From assembly GCA_013298185.1 (NCBI GenBank), contig JAAFJQ010000001.1:26272-85761 (forward strand): a DNA stretch of 59,490 nucleotides, given 5' to 3'. This DNA is from Deinococcales bacterium (GTDB lineage Bacteria; Deinococcota; Deinococci; Deinococcales; JAAFIG01). The notes under the pieces were generated by a model that was given only the letters and a program-made list of their open reading frames with translations, was not told the DNA's origin and ran no database searches. The translations under genes and the position numbers were made by a program. Below are positions 1 through 9,217 of this stretch, in pieces. Numbering within the stretch: position 1 is the first letter of the stretch; each line of letters starts with the position of its first letter.

Positions 1-37
1 AGAACTGGATTTTTTGTATAAAAACAATGTGCAGTGG

Positions 38-1261
38 CTATGCGCCCTGCCCATAGCGTTTCTCGACGTATTCTGCCACCATACCCATGAACTCCTCGGC
101 AATATGCGCCCCTTTGAGGGTTGTGACCAGCGCCCCATCGCGGTAGACCGGCGCTCGAGGTTCTTCGCCTGTGCCGGGCAAAGAAATCCCAATGTTGGCG
201 TGCTTGGATTCACCGGGTCCGTTGACCACACAGCCCATGACTGCAACGGTCATGTTCTCCACGCCGGGATGGGTTTTTTTCCAAGTGGTCATGTTCTCGT
301 CTAAGCTCTGCTGAATATCTTGGGCAAGTTCTTGAAACAGCGTGCTGGTGGTGCGCCCACAGCCCGGGCAAGCCGTGACTTGCGGGCTGAAATTCCGAGC
401 GCCCACGGCTTGCAGAATTTGCTTCGCCACCTCAACCTCGAGTTTACGGGCTGCACCGGGTTCTGGGGTCAAGGATACCCGAATTGTATCGCCGATGCCT
501 TCGGACAAAAGCGGCGAAAGCGCAGCACTCGAGGCAGCGATGCCTTTTGTTCCCATGCCCGCTTCGGTCAGTCCAAGGTGCAGTGGGTAATCGCAAAGCA
601 CAGCCAAGCGGCGGTAGACATTCCAGAGCATTGGGGCATTGCTGATTTTGGTACTGATGATGATTTTATCATGCCCCAAACCATATTCTTCTGCCATTTG
701 TGCGCTCGAGATGGCGCTCTCGAGCATGGCGTTAATCATGATTTCTTCGGCACTGAGAACACCACCGTTTTTGGTGTTTTCGTCCATCATCCGAATTACC
801 ATTGACTGATCCAAGCTGCCCCAGTTGACTCCGATTCGCACGGGGCGGTCAAACTCTTTGGCAACTTCGATCATCGTGCGGTAGTTCTCATCGTGCTTTT
901 TGCCGACACCTACATTGCCGGGGTTGATGCGGTATTTGGCAAGCGCTCGAGCCGTTTCGGGGAATTCACGCAGCAGAATATGCCCGTTATAGTGAAAATC
1001 GCCGACCAGTGGCACGGGATAACCCGCTTCTTCGATGCGCTCCTTAATTTCGGGGACTTTTTCGGCGGCTTCGCGGTTATTGACCGTGATTCGCACCACT
1101 TCAGAGCCAGCGGCGGCTAATTCAATCACTTGCGAAGCGGTTTTCACAGCATCGGCGGTATCGGTGTTGGTCATGCTCTGCACCACAATTGGATGCTCAG
1201 AACCAACCCAGACACCACCAACATGAACAGAAACAGTTTTTCGACGCGGCATGGTAAACAT
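38..1261 (-). CDS. ispG: 4-hydroxy-3-methylbut-2-enyl diphosphate synthase (IspG/GcpE), long Thermus-type form
   Basis: 407-aa ORF with motifs [33 protein letters not shown] and [11 protein letters not shown], typical of IspG. Confidence 0.95.
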   Translation of the reverse strand: MFTMPRRKTVSVHVGGVWVGSEHPIVVQSMTNTDTADAVKTASQVIELAAAGSEVVRITVNNREAAEKVPEIKERIEEAGYPVPLVGDFHYNGHILLREFPETARALAKYRINPGNVGVGKKHDENYRTMIEVAKEFDRPVRIGVNWGSLDQSMVIRMMDENTKNGGVLSAEEIMINAMLESAISSAQMAEEYGLGHDKIIISTKISNAPMLWNVYRRLAVLCDYPLHLGLTEAGMGTKGIAASSAALSPLLSEGIGDTIRVSLTPEPGAARKLEVEVAKQILQAVGARNFSPQVTACPGCGRTTSTLFQELAQDIQQSLDENMTTWKKTHPGVENMTVAVMGCVVNGPGESKHANIGISLPGTGEEPRAPVYRDGALVTTLKGAHIAEEFMGMVAEYVEKRYGQGA

Positions 1262-1296
1262 GCTTTTAGCTTACTCGAGGACTCGAGGGCAGAGTG

Positions 1297-2136
1297 TCAT
1301 CGGGAAGCGGCATAACTCTTGGCGCTTCGCACCCACCAACTCGGCTGCTCGAGTTGAATCGCTTGAGCAACTTGCATGGCTTCTTCGGCGCTCCTCGCTA
1401 AACCAAAACAAGTGCTACCCGAACCACTCATCAAAACCCCGAATAAACCATGCTGCTCGAGTAAATTTTTCACTTCTTGGACAATCGGATAGGCTTTGAG
1501 AACTGGCAACTCGAGGTCATTGCGATAAGGCGGGGGTTGTTTCTGCTCGAGTGCCACCAAAATTTGTTCGACCTCGAGTACTTGCCCAAAGCGTCCATGC
1601 AGACCAAGATAGGCTTCCTTCGCTGTAATTCCAACACTTGGATTGACCAACACCACATGAATCTCTGGGCAATGAAGCGGCGTTAATATCTCACCAATCC
1701 CCGAAGCCCGTGCCGCACCACCAAGCAGCAAAAAAGGCACATCCGCCCCAAGTTTGACAGCTATGCTTGGTAAATCCAATTGGCTCTTATACAAACGCTG
1801 CAAACCACGCAAACAAGCGGCGGCGTCACTCGAGCCTCCACCCAAACCCGCCGCAATTGGCAAGCGTTTTTCCAAGTGCATTCGCACCCCACCAAAACCA
1901 AGCTGCTCGAGATAAGCTGCGGCTGCGCGGTACACAAGGTTCTCGGAAGTAATAGGTAAATCAGCCCCTGCAATGCTCAGTTCAATCCCAGATTCGCTTG
2001 GCTCGAGGTGCAGCGTATCGCCAACATCCAAAGTACAAAACAAGGTATCCAAAGTGTGATACCCATTCTCGAGCCGACCAGTCACGGACAGCCCAAGGTT
2101 GATTTTGGCAGGAGCAAATTCAAAAATCGAGTACAT
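1297..2136 (-). CDS. ispE: 4-diphosphocytidyl-2-C-methyl-D-erythritol kinase (IspE)
   Basis: 279 aa with N-terminal APAKINLGL and the GHMP kinase loop PIAAGLGGGSSDAAA. Confidence 0.9.
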   Translation of the reverse strand: MYSIFEFAPAKINLGLSVTGRLENGYHTLDTLFCTLDVGDTLHLEPSESGIELSIAGADLPITSENLVYRAAAAYLEQLGFGGVRMHLEKRLPIAAGLGGGSSDAAACLRGLQRLYKSQLDLPSIAVKLGADVPFLLLGGAARASGIGEILTPLHCPEIHVVLVNPSVGITAKEAYLGLHGRFGQVLEVEQILVALEQKQPPPYRNDLELPVLKAYPIVQEVKNLLEQHGLFGVLMSGSGSTCFGLARSAEEAMQVAQAIQLEQPSWWVRSAKSYAASR

Positions 2137-2147
2137 GGAAAGAAGAT

Positions 2148-2190
2148 TAAAGGTAAAAGGTCAAAAGGTAAAAGGTCAAAAGGTGAAAGA
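2148..2190. repeat. Tandem 7-8 nt repeat (A)AAAGGT(C), about 5.5 units, in the ispD-ispE spacer
   Basis: Read directly: taaaggt aaaaggt caaaaggt aaaaggt caaaaggt gaaaga. On the gene-sense strand it reads ACCTTTT(G) just 5' of the ispE start. Confidence 0.85.
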
Positions 2191-2258
2191 ACCACCACAA
2201 AACATCTTCTCGAGCCTCGAGCAACGCAGGTTTTGCTTTCCTCTTTCCATTTTCCTCT

Positions 2259-2903
2259 TTAACCTTCATCCCAGACAGCCGCAAATGCCGTTGCCAGCGC
2301 CCAATCACCAGCTCGAGTAACTTTAAACAGGCGCTCATCGCCTAGGCAGAGGGCAACAGGTAAGCCAAGTCGGGCGATTAAACCAGCGTCGTCGGTGGCA
2401 GCGACCTGCTCGAGTTGGGCTTGATGATGGGCGTTTAAGAGCAAATCTCGGCGAAAACCTTGCGGGGTTTGAATAGCTCGGATATGAACGCGGTCAAGCA
2501 GACTTTGCCATTGTTCGTTGGCTTCAACCACCAAGGTATCTGCCATTGGCAGGGCAGCCGTGGCAGCACCGTGCGTTGCCACTCCCTCGAGAACCCGTTG
2601 GATCACAGCTTTTGGTAGAAACGGACGGGCTGCATCGTGGATCAAGACCACATCGCCTTGGGCTGCCTCGAGCAGGTTCTGGACACTGGTTTGACGGGTT
2701 GTACCGCCTGCCACAACTCTGGCGTGCTTGAATGGCATGGTCAGGTGAGCTTCGGGCAATGCCACAATAATTTCATCGGCAATGCCTAAAAAGGCGTCTA
2801 TCGAGCGCTCGAGTAGCGTTCGACCATTCAGCTCGAGCAGGGCTTTAGCGCCCATTCCAAGGCGTTCGCCACTGCCTGCGGCGGGAATCAGGGCAGAAAT
2901 CAT
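2259..2903 (-). CDS. ispD: 2-C-methyl-D-erythritol 4-phosphate cytidylyltransferase (IspD)
   Basis: Motif LIPAAGSGERLG near the N-terminus. The ORF track begins at a TTG (2927); the ATG at 2903 (MISALIPAAG) is the more likely start. Confidence 0.9.
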   Translation of the reverse strand: MISALIPAAGSGERLGMGAKALLELNGRTLLERSIDAFLGIADEIIVALPEAHLTMPFKHARVVAGGTTRQTSVQNLLEAAQGDVVLIHDAARPFLPKAVIQRVLEGVATHGAATAALPMADTLVVEANEQWQSLLDRVHIRAIQTPQGFRRDLLLNAHHQAQLEQVAATDDAGLIARLGLPVALCLGDERLFKVTRAGDWALATAFAAVWDEG

Positions 2904-3002
2904 GGTTACTTTTAACTCAAAAAGCAAAGCCGAGTCAATTGATTCATTTCAAAATGTGCGCTCGAGATTGTTCTTTCTTTGAATTTCGTCTAAGCTCAGC
3001 CG

Positions 3003-3422
3003 ATGAGCCACACCAAAAACCAAATTGATGTGACCGTCGAAGTGGTCTACTCACCAAAACATTCGACGCCAACACAATTTTTCTATATTTACTTCATTGC
3101 CATGCACAACCACGGAACGCAAAGCGCTCAGTTGTTGCGTCGTCATTTTTTTATTCGCAATGCCTTTGGTTTTGAACAAGAAGTCGAAGGCGAAGGCGTG
3201 GTTGGCGAACAACCAACCATTGCCCCAGAACAGATTTATCGTTATTTCAGTGGAGTCCCGATAGACCACCCACCCGGCACAATGCGTGGCGAGTACACGT
3301 TCAAAGCAGCTGACGGTCAAGAATTTGTGGCTGTACTACCAGAATTTGCGCTGCTCGAGCCTCCGGGGTATGTGCCGACCAACCAAGCGCCGCTCGAGAC
3401 TGGGAAGCGGATTTTGAATTAG
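3003..3422 (+). CDS. apaG: ApaG (DUF525) protein
   Basis: 139 aa. The pattern FFYIYFIAMHNHG..LLRRHFFI..GEGVVGEQP..Y.S..P....GTMRGEY matches the ApaG fold family. Confidence 0.85.
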   Translation: MSHTKNQIDVTVEVVYSPKHSTPTQFFYIYFIAMHNHGTQSAQLLRRHFFIRNAFGFEQEVEGEGVVGEQPTIAPEQIYRYFSGVPIDHPPGTMRGEYTFKAADGQEFVAVLPEFALLEPPGYVPTNQAPLETGKRILN

Positions 3423-3427
3423 TTGTT

Positions 3428-3505
3428 AAGTACAGTGTCAACTAAGTGCGGAGACTATTTTCCGCTTCGCTCCAAAGAGTCTCCGCACTCATCGACACTG
3501 TACTT
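3428..3505. repeat. Long hairpin element A (12 bp + 11 bp perfect stems separated by an internal loop)
   Basis: AAGTACAGTGTC/GACACTGTACTT and GTGCGGAGACT/AGTCTCCGCAC pair perfectly. The element lies in a convergent intergenic spacer. Confidence 0.75.
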
Positions 3506-3550
3506 TAGTCATACTCGCATAGCTCGCCAAAAATCTACGATTTTTGTTGA

Positions 3551-3640
3551 CAGTGTATTAAGTGCAGCGTTTCGTAGGTCCTTACATTCTGCTTCCCAGA
3601 ATTGTCGGACAAAGAAGACGCTGCACTCTTTTCCACTCGC
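3551..3640. repeat. Degenerate second copy of hairpin element (B)
   Basis: It shares the 5' motif ACAGTGT-N-TAAGTGC and the 3' motif GCACTC-N5-CACT with element A. Its own stem is AGTGCAGCGT (3561-3570) paired with ACGCTGCACT (3618-3627). Confidence 0.5.
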
Positions 3641-3641
3641 A

Positions 3642-3689
3642 CGCCTCCCCACGCATTGCGGGGTCTAACCCCGTAAGCGCGGGGTGGCG
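3642..3689. other. Extended GC-rich hairpin C
   Basis: The outer stem pairs CGCCTCCCCACGC with GCGCGGGGTGGCG (2 mismatches). The inner stem is TTGCGGGG-tctaa-CCCCGTAA. Confidence 0.6.
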
Positions 3690-3806
3690 ATGCTCGGAAG
3701 TCATAAAGACTTCTGAAACAAAGCATTGAGTGCTAAACGCATTTTTTTAGGTTGTTTCAATCAGACTCGAGGCTCGAGCTGTTGGCAGGGGGGTTTAGCT
3801 GAACCC

Positions 3807-4616
3807 TTACGGTTGGGGTTTCCTTTGACGTATTCTCGGGTCGAGCTGTTGACGTAAACTTTCACTGATGCCAGTGATGCACAGCACCAATATCATGATC
3901 AATGCTCCGGGCAGCAAACTCAGCCACCAAATACCAGAAAAAAGGTAGCTGTAGCCTCTTGAAACCATTGCACCTAGGCTTGGGGTGTCAACACCAACAC
4001 CAACGCCTAGAAAAGATAAACTCGCCTCGAGCAGCACATTTTGTGGGAAGTCCAAGCTGATTTGCAGTAAAATTCCACTACCAATGTTGGGTAGCACATG
4101 GCGCAGGATTCGCCACTGGTTCGCACCTAGGGCTTTTGCTGATAGCACATACTCGAGTTCTCGTTGCACCAGAACAGTGGCTCGGGTGTACCGCGCAAAG
4201 CCAGCCCAACCAAAAACGCCAATCACCACGATTAAATTCAGCAACCCCGATCCAAGAAAAGTCAGGCTGACCAGTGCCAGTAGTACATTGGGCAGTGCCA
4301 TTTGAACTTCGGTGGCTCGCATGATGACTTGCTCGAGCCAACCACCGCGCAAACCTGCCAATAAGCCAAGTGGTACGCCAATCAAGGCAGACACCAGACT
4401 GCACACCATACCAACCAACAAGGATGTGCCTAAACCGTGTAACAGCAATGCAAACAGGTTGCGTCCAAGTTCATCTGTGCCAAGTGGGGTTGCCAGCGCC
4501 TGAAATGGTGGGCGTAGCGTCTCGAGCAGATTTTGGGCGTTGGGATTGGGGTACAGCACTGGCGCGAGTAGCGCCAAGCCCATCAAGCAAAGCAGCACCG
4601 CAACCTTTCTAGCCAT
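3807..4616 (-). CDS. ABC transporter permease, DppC/OppC family
   Basis: 269 aa, multi-TM, with a binding-protein-dependent transport inner-membrane component pattern. It overlaps the upstream permease by 8 nt. Confidence 0.85.
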   Translation of the reverse strand: MARKVAVLLCLMGLALLAPVLYPNPNAQNLLETLRPPFQALATPLGTDELGRNLFALLLHGLGTSLLVGMVCSLVSALIGVPLGLLAGLRGGWLEQVIMRATEVQMALPNVLLALVSLTFLGSGLLNLIVVIGVFGWAGFARYTRATVLVQRELEYVLSAKALGANQWRILRHVLPNIGSGILLQISLDFPQNVLLEASLSFLGVGVGVDTPSLGAMVSRGYSYLFSGIWWLSLLPGALIMILVLCITGISESLRQQLDPRIRQRKPQP

Positions 4617-5529
4617 AACGCACTCGAGGGTCTATCAGGAGGTATGCCACATCGGTCAGTAAATTGATGCTGGCGTAAAAAAAGGCACTGAGCAGAACAA
4701 AACTCAAAATCACAGGGGTGTCCAAACGGGTCAGGGCATCGAGTGCGACACGGTTCATTCCGGGGTAAGCGAACAAACTTTCGGTAATCACTGCGCCTGA
4801 TAACAAGCCCGCGAATTGCAAACCCAGCACCGTTACAAATGGCACAAGGGCATTGCGAAGCGCGTGGTGGTACACAATCTGGCGCTCGAGCATACCTTTG
4901 GCTCGAGCCGTGCAAATAAAGTCTTGGCTTAAAACCTCGAGTAAATACAGGCGCAGCAGTTGGGTGTAGACCGCTGCTCGAGGCAGGGCTAAAGTCAGAC
5001 TTGGTAGGATCAAATGCCAGATCGTGCCGCTTCCTTGGGATGGCAGTAGGCGCCATTGAACAGCAAAAACGTAGATCAGCAGCATCCCAATCCAAAAGGT
5101 TGGGGCGCTTAAGATCATGCTGCTCAGGTTGAGGATGATGGTGTCCCACCTCGAGCCAACCCGTGTGGCGCTCCAAACCCCAAGCGGAATGCCGATCAGC
5201 AGTGCTAAACCAAGTCCAAGGCTGACCAATTGCAAGGTGGCTGGTAAGCGCTCGAGCAGGATTTGCATGGCTGGTCGGGCGCTGTACATTGAGTTGCCTA
5301 AGTTGCCTTGGCTGGCGTTGAATAAAAAAAGCAAGTACTGTCCAAAGAACGGTTGTTCAAGACCATAAGCTCGGCGCAGGGTTTCCCGCTCGAGTGGGGT
5401 GGCATCTTCGGCGCTTAGAAAACCAATTGGGTCACCTGTGAGCTGCAAGCCAACAAAGGTCAGACTGACCACCAGCCACAGCACAAACAGGCTTTGTATG
5501 ACTCGAGAGAACAAAAATGCCACAAACAA
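4609..5529 (-). CDS. ABC transporter permease, DppB/OppB family
   Basis: 306 aa. The N-terminus VIQSLFVLWLVVSLTFVGLQLTGDP is typical of DppB/OppB. Confidence 0.85.
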   Translation of the reverse strand: MFVAFLFSRVIQSLFVLWLVVSLTFVGLQLTGDPIGFLSAEDATPLERETLRRAYGLEQPFFGQYLLFLFNASQGNLGNSMYSARPAMQILLERLPATLQLVSLGLGLALLIGIPLGVWSATRVGSRWDTIILNLSSMILSAPTFWIGMLLIYVFAVQWRLLPSQGSGTIWHLILPSLTLALPRAAVYTQLLRLYLLEVLSQDFICTARAKGMLERQIVYHHALRNALVPFVTVLGLQFAGLLSGAVITESLFAYPGMNRVALDALTRLDTPVILSFVLLSAFFYASINLLTDVAYLLIDPRVRYG

Positions 5530-5778
5530 AAGTGTAACAAGGAATCAACCAACCACGGTCAGCTCGAGGTGAGTGGTCAGTACACATTGACCTTATTCAA
5601 TCTTTGTTCATAAAGAACCAGAATGCAAGTTCGAGAATTTTTCTCATATAATGCTTATTTTGTATAACCTTCACATTTAAATTATGCTACAATGAACGTA
5701 ATAGAGAGCGAAGCTACAAAATTATTTGGAGTTGCATTGCACTTCGCTGGTCAAGCTCTATGGAGGTATAAGGAAACC

Positions 5779-6798
5779 ATGAAACTCACCATCCAAGAAG
5801 TCGCCGAAAAAGCTGGTGTAGGCGTAGGTACAGTTTCACGGGTTCTCAATAACCACAAATCAGTGCGCCCTGAAACCCGTGAACGGGTGGTAAGCGCCAT
5901 GCAGGAACTTGGCTTTATCCCCAACCCACATGCACGGCGCGTGGCAGGTGGTAAAAGCTACACTGTCAGCATTATTTTGCAAGTTGTCGGCACCGAATTT
6001 TATATTCGATTGCTTTCGGGCTTAGAAAAAACCCTCGAGACACACCGCTACGACAGCGCTCTGTTCCCCCTGATTGGACGCGAGCGTCTCGAGCGTTACC
6101 TCAACTCGAGTACCTTGGCATACCAATCCGACGGCATTGTCATGGCAAGCCATAACCTCGGCGATTTATATCCTGATGGTCGCTTACCCACCCGTCAACC
6201 CGTGGTCATCGTAGACGGCACCAGTCAACACTACGACAGCATTTACTTGGACAACGAACTCGGCGGACGGCTCGCAGCTCGAGCCTTGGCAGCCTTAGAT
6301 GGCGATATTTACGCCATCAGCGTACACCAAGCCCTCGACGAAGTTTTTAAGAACACTGTTTTCCAAGACCGAATGCGCGGCTTTAAGAACGCCCTCGAGA
6401 CAGCAGGACGCCCTATTGCCGAAGAGAACATTCAAACCATCACCTTCGATCTGAACAACGCCCGTCACGCCGCTCAAACCATCCTCGAGAACGCGACTTT
6501 CCCCGTCAACATCTTTGCGGCAGCCGACCTTGTTGCCATGGCAGTCTTGGATGAAGCTCGCGCTCGCAACCTCGAGATAGGACGCGATGTTCGCGTGATT
6601 GGCTTTGACGACCACCCATGGGCAAGAGAACGCGGTTTAACCACCCTGCACCAACCCGTCGAAGCGATGGGAGCAACCGCCGCCGAGTTGTTAATCGAAC
6701 GCCTAAGCGGTTACGAAGGCGCACCTCGGCAAGTCCGCTTTGAACCAAGGCTGATCGAGCGCCAAAGCACCATGCACACCGACACCGACGAGCAGTAG
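5779..6798 (+). CDS. LacI-family transcriptional regulator
   Basis: HTH MKLTIQEVAEKAGVGVGTVSRVLNN followed by a periplasmic-binding-like domain. The ATG at 5779 is preceded by GGAGG/AAGGA; the track start at 5692 is probably too far upstream. Confidence 0.85.
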   Translation: MKLTIQEVAEKAGVGVGTVSRVLNNHKSVRPETRERVVSAMQELGFIPNPHARRVAGGKSYTVSIILQVVGTEFYIRLLSGLEKTLETHRYDSALFPLIGRERLERYLNSSTLAYQSDGIVMASHNLGDLYPDGRLPTRQPVVIVDGTSQHYDSIYLDNELGGRLAARALAALDGDIYAISVHQALDEVFKNTVFQDRMRGFKNALETAGRPIAEENIQTITFDLNNARHAAQTILENATFPVNIFAAADLVAMAVLDEARARNLEIGRDVRVIGFDDHPWARERGLTTLHQPVEAMGATAAELLIERLSGYEGAPRQVRFEPRLIERQSTMHTDTDEQ

Positions 6799-6813
6799 AC
6801 ACTTCACCTACCC

Positions 6814-7437
6814 TCAAGTCTTAAAAACTTCGTAAACACAAGCCCGCGACCCCTCGAGAACACGGGTTTGCCGTGTCACTGAGGCTTGTAAAAGCTGCTC
6901 GTACAGTTTGGCTTCGCTCTGGCACAGCGTTTCAAAATCCCGCGCCACCTCGAGATTCGGACAGTTGTTTTGCAACAACAACCAACCCGTTTGGCTTGGC
7001 TCGAGGCTGGCTTGATACCCAAGTTCATTGAGAATATCGCACAGCATATTCAACCGTGTCTCGAGCGAACCTGTGACCCGAGGCTGCCAACGCTCGAGCA
7101 AGGCTTGGTTACGGCTGTCCAAGACCGATAAGACCGCCCCTGCGCCGTACAAATGTTCGATATGCTCGAGAATATCAGTACAGAGCTGCGCGTAACGTTT
7201 CGGGAAGTGATCCTCGCCAGCTTGGGAAATCCGAAAAACATGCTGCGGACGACCTCGCCCAGTTTGCCGATGCACTTGCGACTCGAGCAAACCATCAGCT
7301 TCTAAGTCCATCAAATGCCGCCGAGCAGCTGGAATGCTAATCTCGAGGGCGGCTGCAACATCGTTAGCCGTCCCACCACCACTGCCGCGCAGGGCATACA
7401 AAACCCGACTTTTCGTGGAATCACCCAGAATGTTCAT
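6814..7437 (-). CDS. Winged-helix (ArsR/COG2345, SufR-like) transcriptional regulator with a C-terminal Cys cluster
   Basis: N-terminal wHTH (TANDVAAALEISIPAARRHLMDLEADGLL..GRGRP). C-terminal cysteines occur in NNCPN...LCQSE...RACVYEV. Confidence 0.6.
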   Translation of the reverse strand: MNILGDSTKSRVLYALRGSGGGTANDVAAALEISIPAARRHLMDLEADGLLESQVHRQTGRGRPQHVFRISQAGEDHFPKRYAQLCTDILEHIEHLYGAGAVLSVLDSRNQALLERWQPRVTGSLETRLNMLCDILNELGYQASLEPSQTGWLLLQNNCPNLEVARDFETLCQSEAKLYEQLLQASVTRQTRVLEGSRACVYEVFKT

Positions 7438-7438
7438 C

Positions 7439-7879
7439 TCAGTTTAAGTTCTTGTGTTTCTCGAGCGCATAAAAAGCCGCTAAAACCACCAATGCACCAA
7501 GCCAACCAGGAGCTTCACCCAATTCAACCGCAAAGGGCTTACCAAGTAAACCACCAATGCTGCCGTTTAAGCGCGTGCCAGATTGCCGAGCGCCAAACTC
7601 GAGCGAAGAAAAACCATCGCCCAGAGCGCCAACCACTGTATCCACGCCACGCAAACTGATTGGGTCATTGCCAATAAAACCAATCAACTCACCACCCTCG
7701 AGACTCAAACGCAAATCAAAACCATTTGCCCCACCAACCCGCCCGGTCACACCCGTTGGCGTCAAAGCCAATTTGACATCCCGAGCCATCAGTGCGCCAC
7801 CAACACGCCCGAGCAACTGATCGCCCTCGAGCCTGACTTTAATCTCAAACCGTTCGCTGCCTAAAAAACCTTCAATCAT
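7439..7879 (-). CDS. Hypothetical Gly-rich repeat protein with a C-terminal TM anchor
   Basis: 146 aa with internal G(R/F)(V/I)GG repeats and a hydrophobic tail GWLGALVVLAAFYAL. Its stop lies 1 nt from the downstream regulator's start. Confidence 0.4.
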   Translation of the reverse strand: MIEGFLGSERFEIKVRLEGDQLLGRVGGALMARDVKLALTPTGVTGRVGGANGFDLRLSLEGGELIGFIGNDPISLRGVDTVVGALGDGFSSLEFGARQSGTRLNGSIGGLLGKPFAVELGEAPGWLGALVVLAAFYALEKHKNLN

Positions 7880-7922
7880 GGAGCGCCCAGTATACCCAGT
7901 GACAAGGCAGACTATCTACCAG

Positions 7923-7951
7923 TTGACACATGCTCAGTTGCCTGATACACT
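7923..7951 (+). promoter_or_regulatory. Candidate sigma70-type promoter of the tRNA cluster
   Basis: TTGACA (7923-7928), N17, TACACT (7946-7951), about 30 nt upstream of the first tRNA. Confidence 0.5.
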
Positions 7952-7983
7952 CTCGCTCGCACTAAGCAGTGCGGCTCTCTTGA

Positions 7984-8073
7984 GGAGGGTTGGCCGAGCG
8001 GTTGAAGGCGACAGTCTTGAAAACTGTAGTAGGGGGAACTCTACCGGGGGTTCGAATCCCTCACCCTCCGCCA
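7984..8073 (+). tRNA. tRNA-Ser (anticodon UGA), CCA encoded
   Basis: Acceptor GGAGGGT/ACCCTCC, anticodon stem ACAGT/ACTGT with loop CT-TGA-AA, a long variable arm, and T-loop GGTTCGAATCC. Confidence 0.9.
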
Positions 8074-8096
8074 AAGCCATCACCCAAGAACCATCT

Positions 8097-8188
8097 GGAG
8101 GGATGGGTGAGCGGTTGAAACCAACGGTTTGCTAAACCGTCGTACGAGGAAACTTGTACCGAGAGTTCGAATCTCTCTCCCTCCGCCA
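8097..8188 (+). tRNA. tRNA-Ser (anticodon GCU), CCA encoded
   Basis: Acceptor GGAGGGA/TCCCTCC, anticodon stem ACGGT/ACCGT with loop TT-GCT-AA, a long variable arm, and T-loop AGTTCGAATCT. Confidence 0.9.
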
Positions 8189-8228
8189 GTAGCACCCCGT
8201 TATTGCAAGCGGGTCGAAATCCAAAAAT

Positions 8229-8305
<77 letters not shown>

Positions 8306-8311
8306 AACAAA

Positions 8312-8336
8312 CCCTCGCAGGTGGCGGGGGTTTTTT
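8312..8336 (+). terminator. Intrinsic terminator after the tRNA cluster
   Basis: CCCTCGC-aggtg-GCGGGGG stem (one G-U pair) followed by TTTTTT. Confidence 0.7.
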
Positions 8337-8390
8337 CATAGACATGGGTTTACCTCGAGTACATGATAGAAACCAGAATCAATCATCAGC

Positions 8391-8515
8391 GCATAAAAGC
8401 CAAACCTCGAGCATGGTTTGAAAGCCAGCCCAAGCATGGGCAGAAGGCTCGAGCGGGTGCAGGTTCTCGAATGGATTCTGAAAGCGTAGGCAAGCCCCGC
8501 CAAAGATTCAACTAC
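8391..8515. repeat. Cassette-associated repeat, copy R1 (54-nt core 8401-8454 plus ~60-nt extension)
   Basis: The core CAAACCTCGAGCATGGTTTGAAAG.CAGC.CAAGCAT.GGCAGAA.G.TCGAGC is shared with copies at 9129 and 10190. The extension is about 80% identical to 10244-10300. Confidence 0.85.
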
Positions 8516-8517
8516 TT

Positions 8518-8721
8518 GTGATTTTGCTACGAAGCGCTACAATGCAACGCATGACTCCAACCACACCCAAAACCCAAGAGAACCAGCAAAGCACCGTAGA
8601 TTTTCTACTCGAAATGGCAGACCGTATTGCCAAAGAAGCACCTGTGGCTGAACTCGAGCAATTACCAAAAGATGGTGGGGAAAACTTAGACCACTACCTG
8701 TATGGAGCGCCAAAGCAATGA
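8518..8721 (+). CDS. Putative antitoxin partnered with the PIN toxin (VapB-like)
   Basis: 67 aa ending ..LDHYLYGAPKQ, a tail I associate with small antitoxins encoded upstream of PIN genes. A 4-nt ATGA overlap joins it to the next gene. The start is uncertain (GTG 8518 or ATG 8539). Confidence 0.55.
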   Translation: MILLRSATMQRMTPTTPKTQENQQSTVDFLLEMADRIAKEAPVAELEQLPKDGGENLDHYLYGAPKQ

Positions 8722-9128
8722 TGAGGACGGTGTTTATAGACGCTGCCTTTCTGGTTTCTTTGATTAACCCTCGAGACCAAAATCATCAAAAAGCTCGAGT
8801 AGCACTTGAAAATGTACGAGGAGCGCAATTGGTCACTACCGACGCTGTTTTGACCGAAGTCCTGAATTATTACTCTGAACGCGGCGACTACCTGAGACAA
8901 GAAGCACTTACGCTGGTCAAAGCTGTGATGAACCGCAAGGATGTCAATTTTATTTATCACGGGAAATACTGGTTTTACCTTGGGTTAGAGCGATTTGAAG
9001 ACCGACAAGACAAAGGTTACAGCCTAACCGATTGCATGAGCATGGTGATTATGGAAAGCGACGGCATTCAAGAAGTGCTGACTTCGGATAAGCATTTTGT
9101 GCAAGCTGGATTTACGATTTTGATGTAA
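8718..9128 (+). CDS. vapC: PIN-domain ribonuclease toxin (VapC family)
   Basis: 136 aa. VFIDAAFLVSLINPRD near the N-terminus, plus TTDAVLTEV and LTDCMSM..., fit the acidic PIN motifs. Confidence 0.85.
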   Translation: MMRTVFIDAAFLVSLINPRDQNHQKARVALENVRGAQLVTTDAVLTEVLNYYSERGDYLRQEALTLVKAVMNRKDVNFIYHGKYWFYLGLERFEDRQDKGYSLTDCMSMVIMESDGIQEVLTSDKHFVQAGFTILM

Positions 9129-9182
9129 CAAACCTCGAGCATGGTTTGAAAGCCAGCACAAGCATAGGCAGAATGCTCGAGC
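9129..9182. repeat. Cassette-associated repeat, copy R2 (core only)
   Basis: It starts immediately after the vapC stop. The 54-nt core is about 90% identical to R1 and R3. Confidence 0.85.
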
Positions 9183-9217
9183 CTGATTCTTCAGGTATTC
9201 AATGCTAGACTATTGAC

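Noticed and set aside
3428-3640. Whether the paired long hairpins are a retron msr/msd or a group II intron fragment.
   Set aside because: No reverse transcriptase ORF lies nearby, and there is no recognisable domain V/VI or msr-type conserved G context.
3423-3668. An 81-aa ORF in the apaG/dppC convergent spacer.
   Set aside because: It is a translation of the hairpin elements, with a TTG start, no RBS and an implausible sequence. The region is better explained as structured non-coding DNA.
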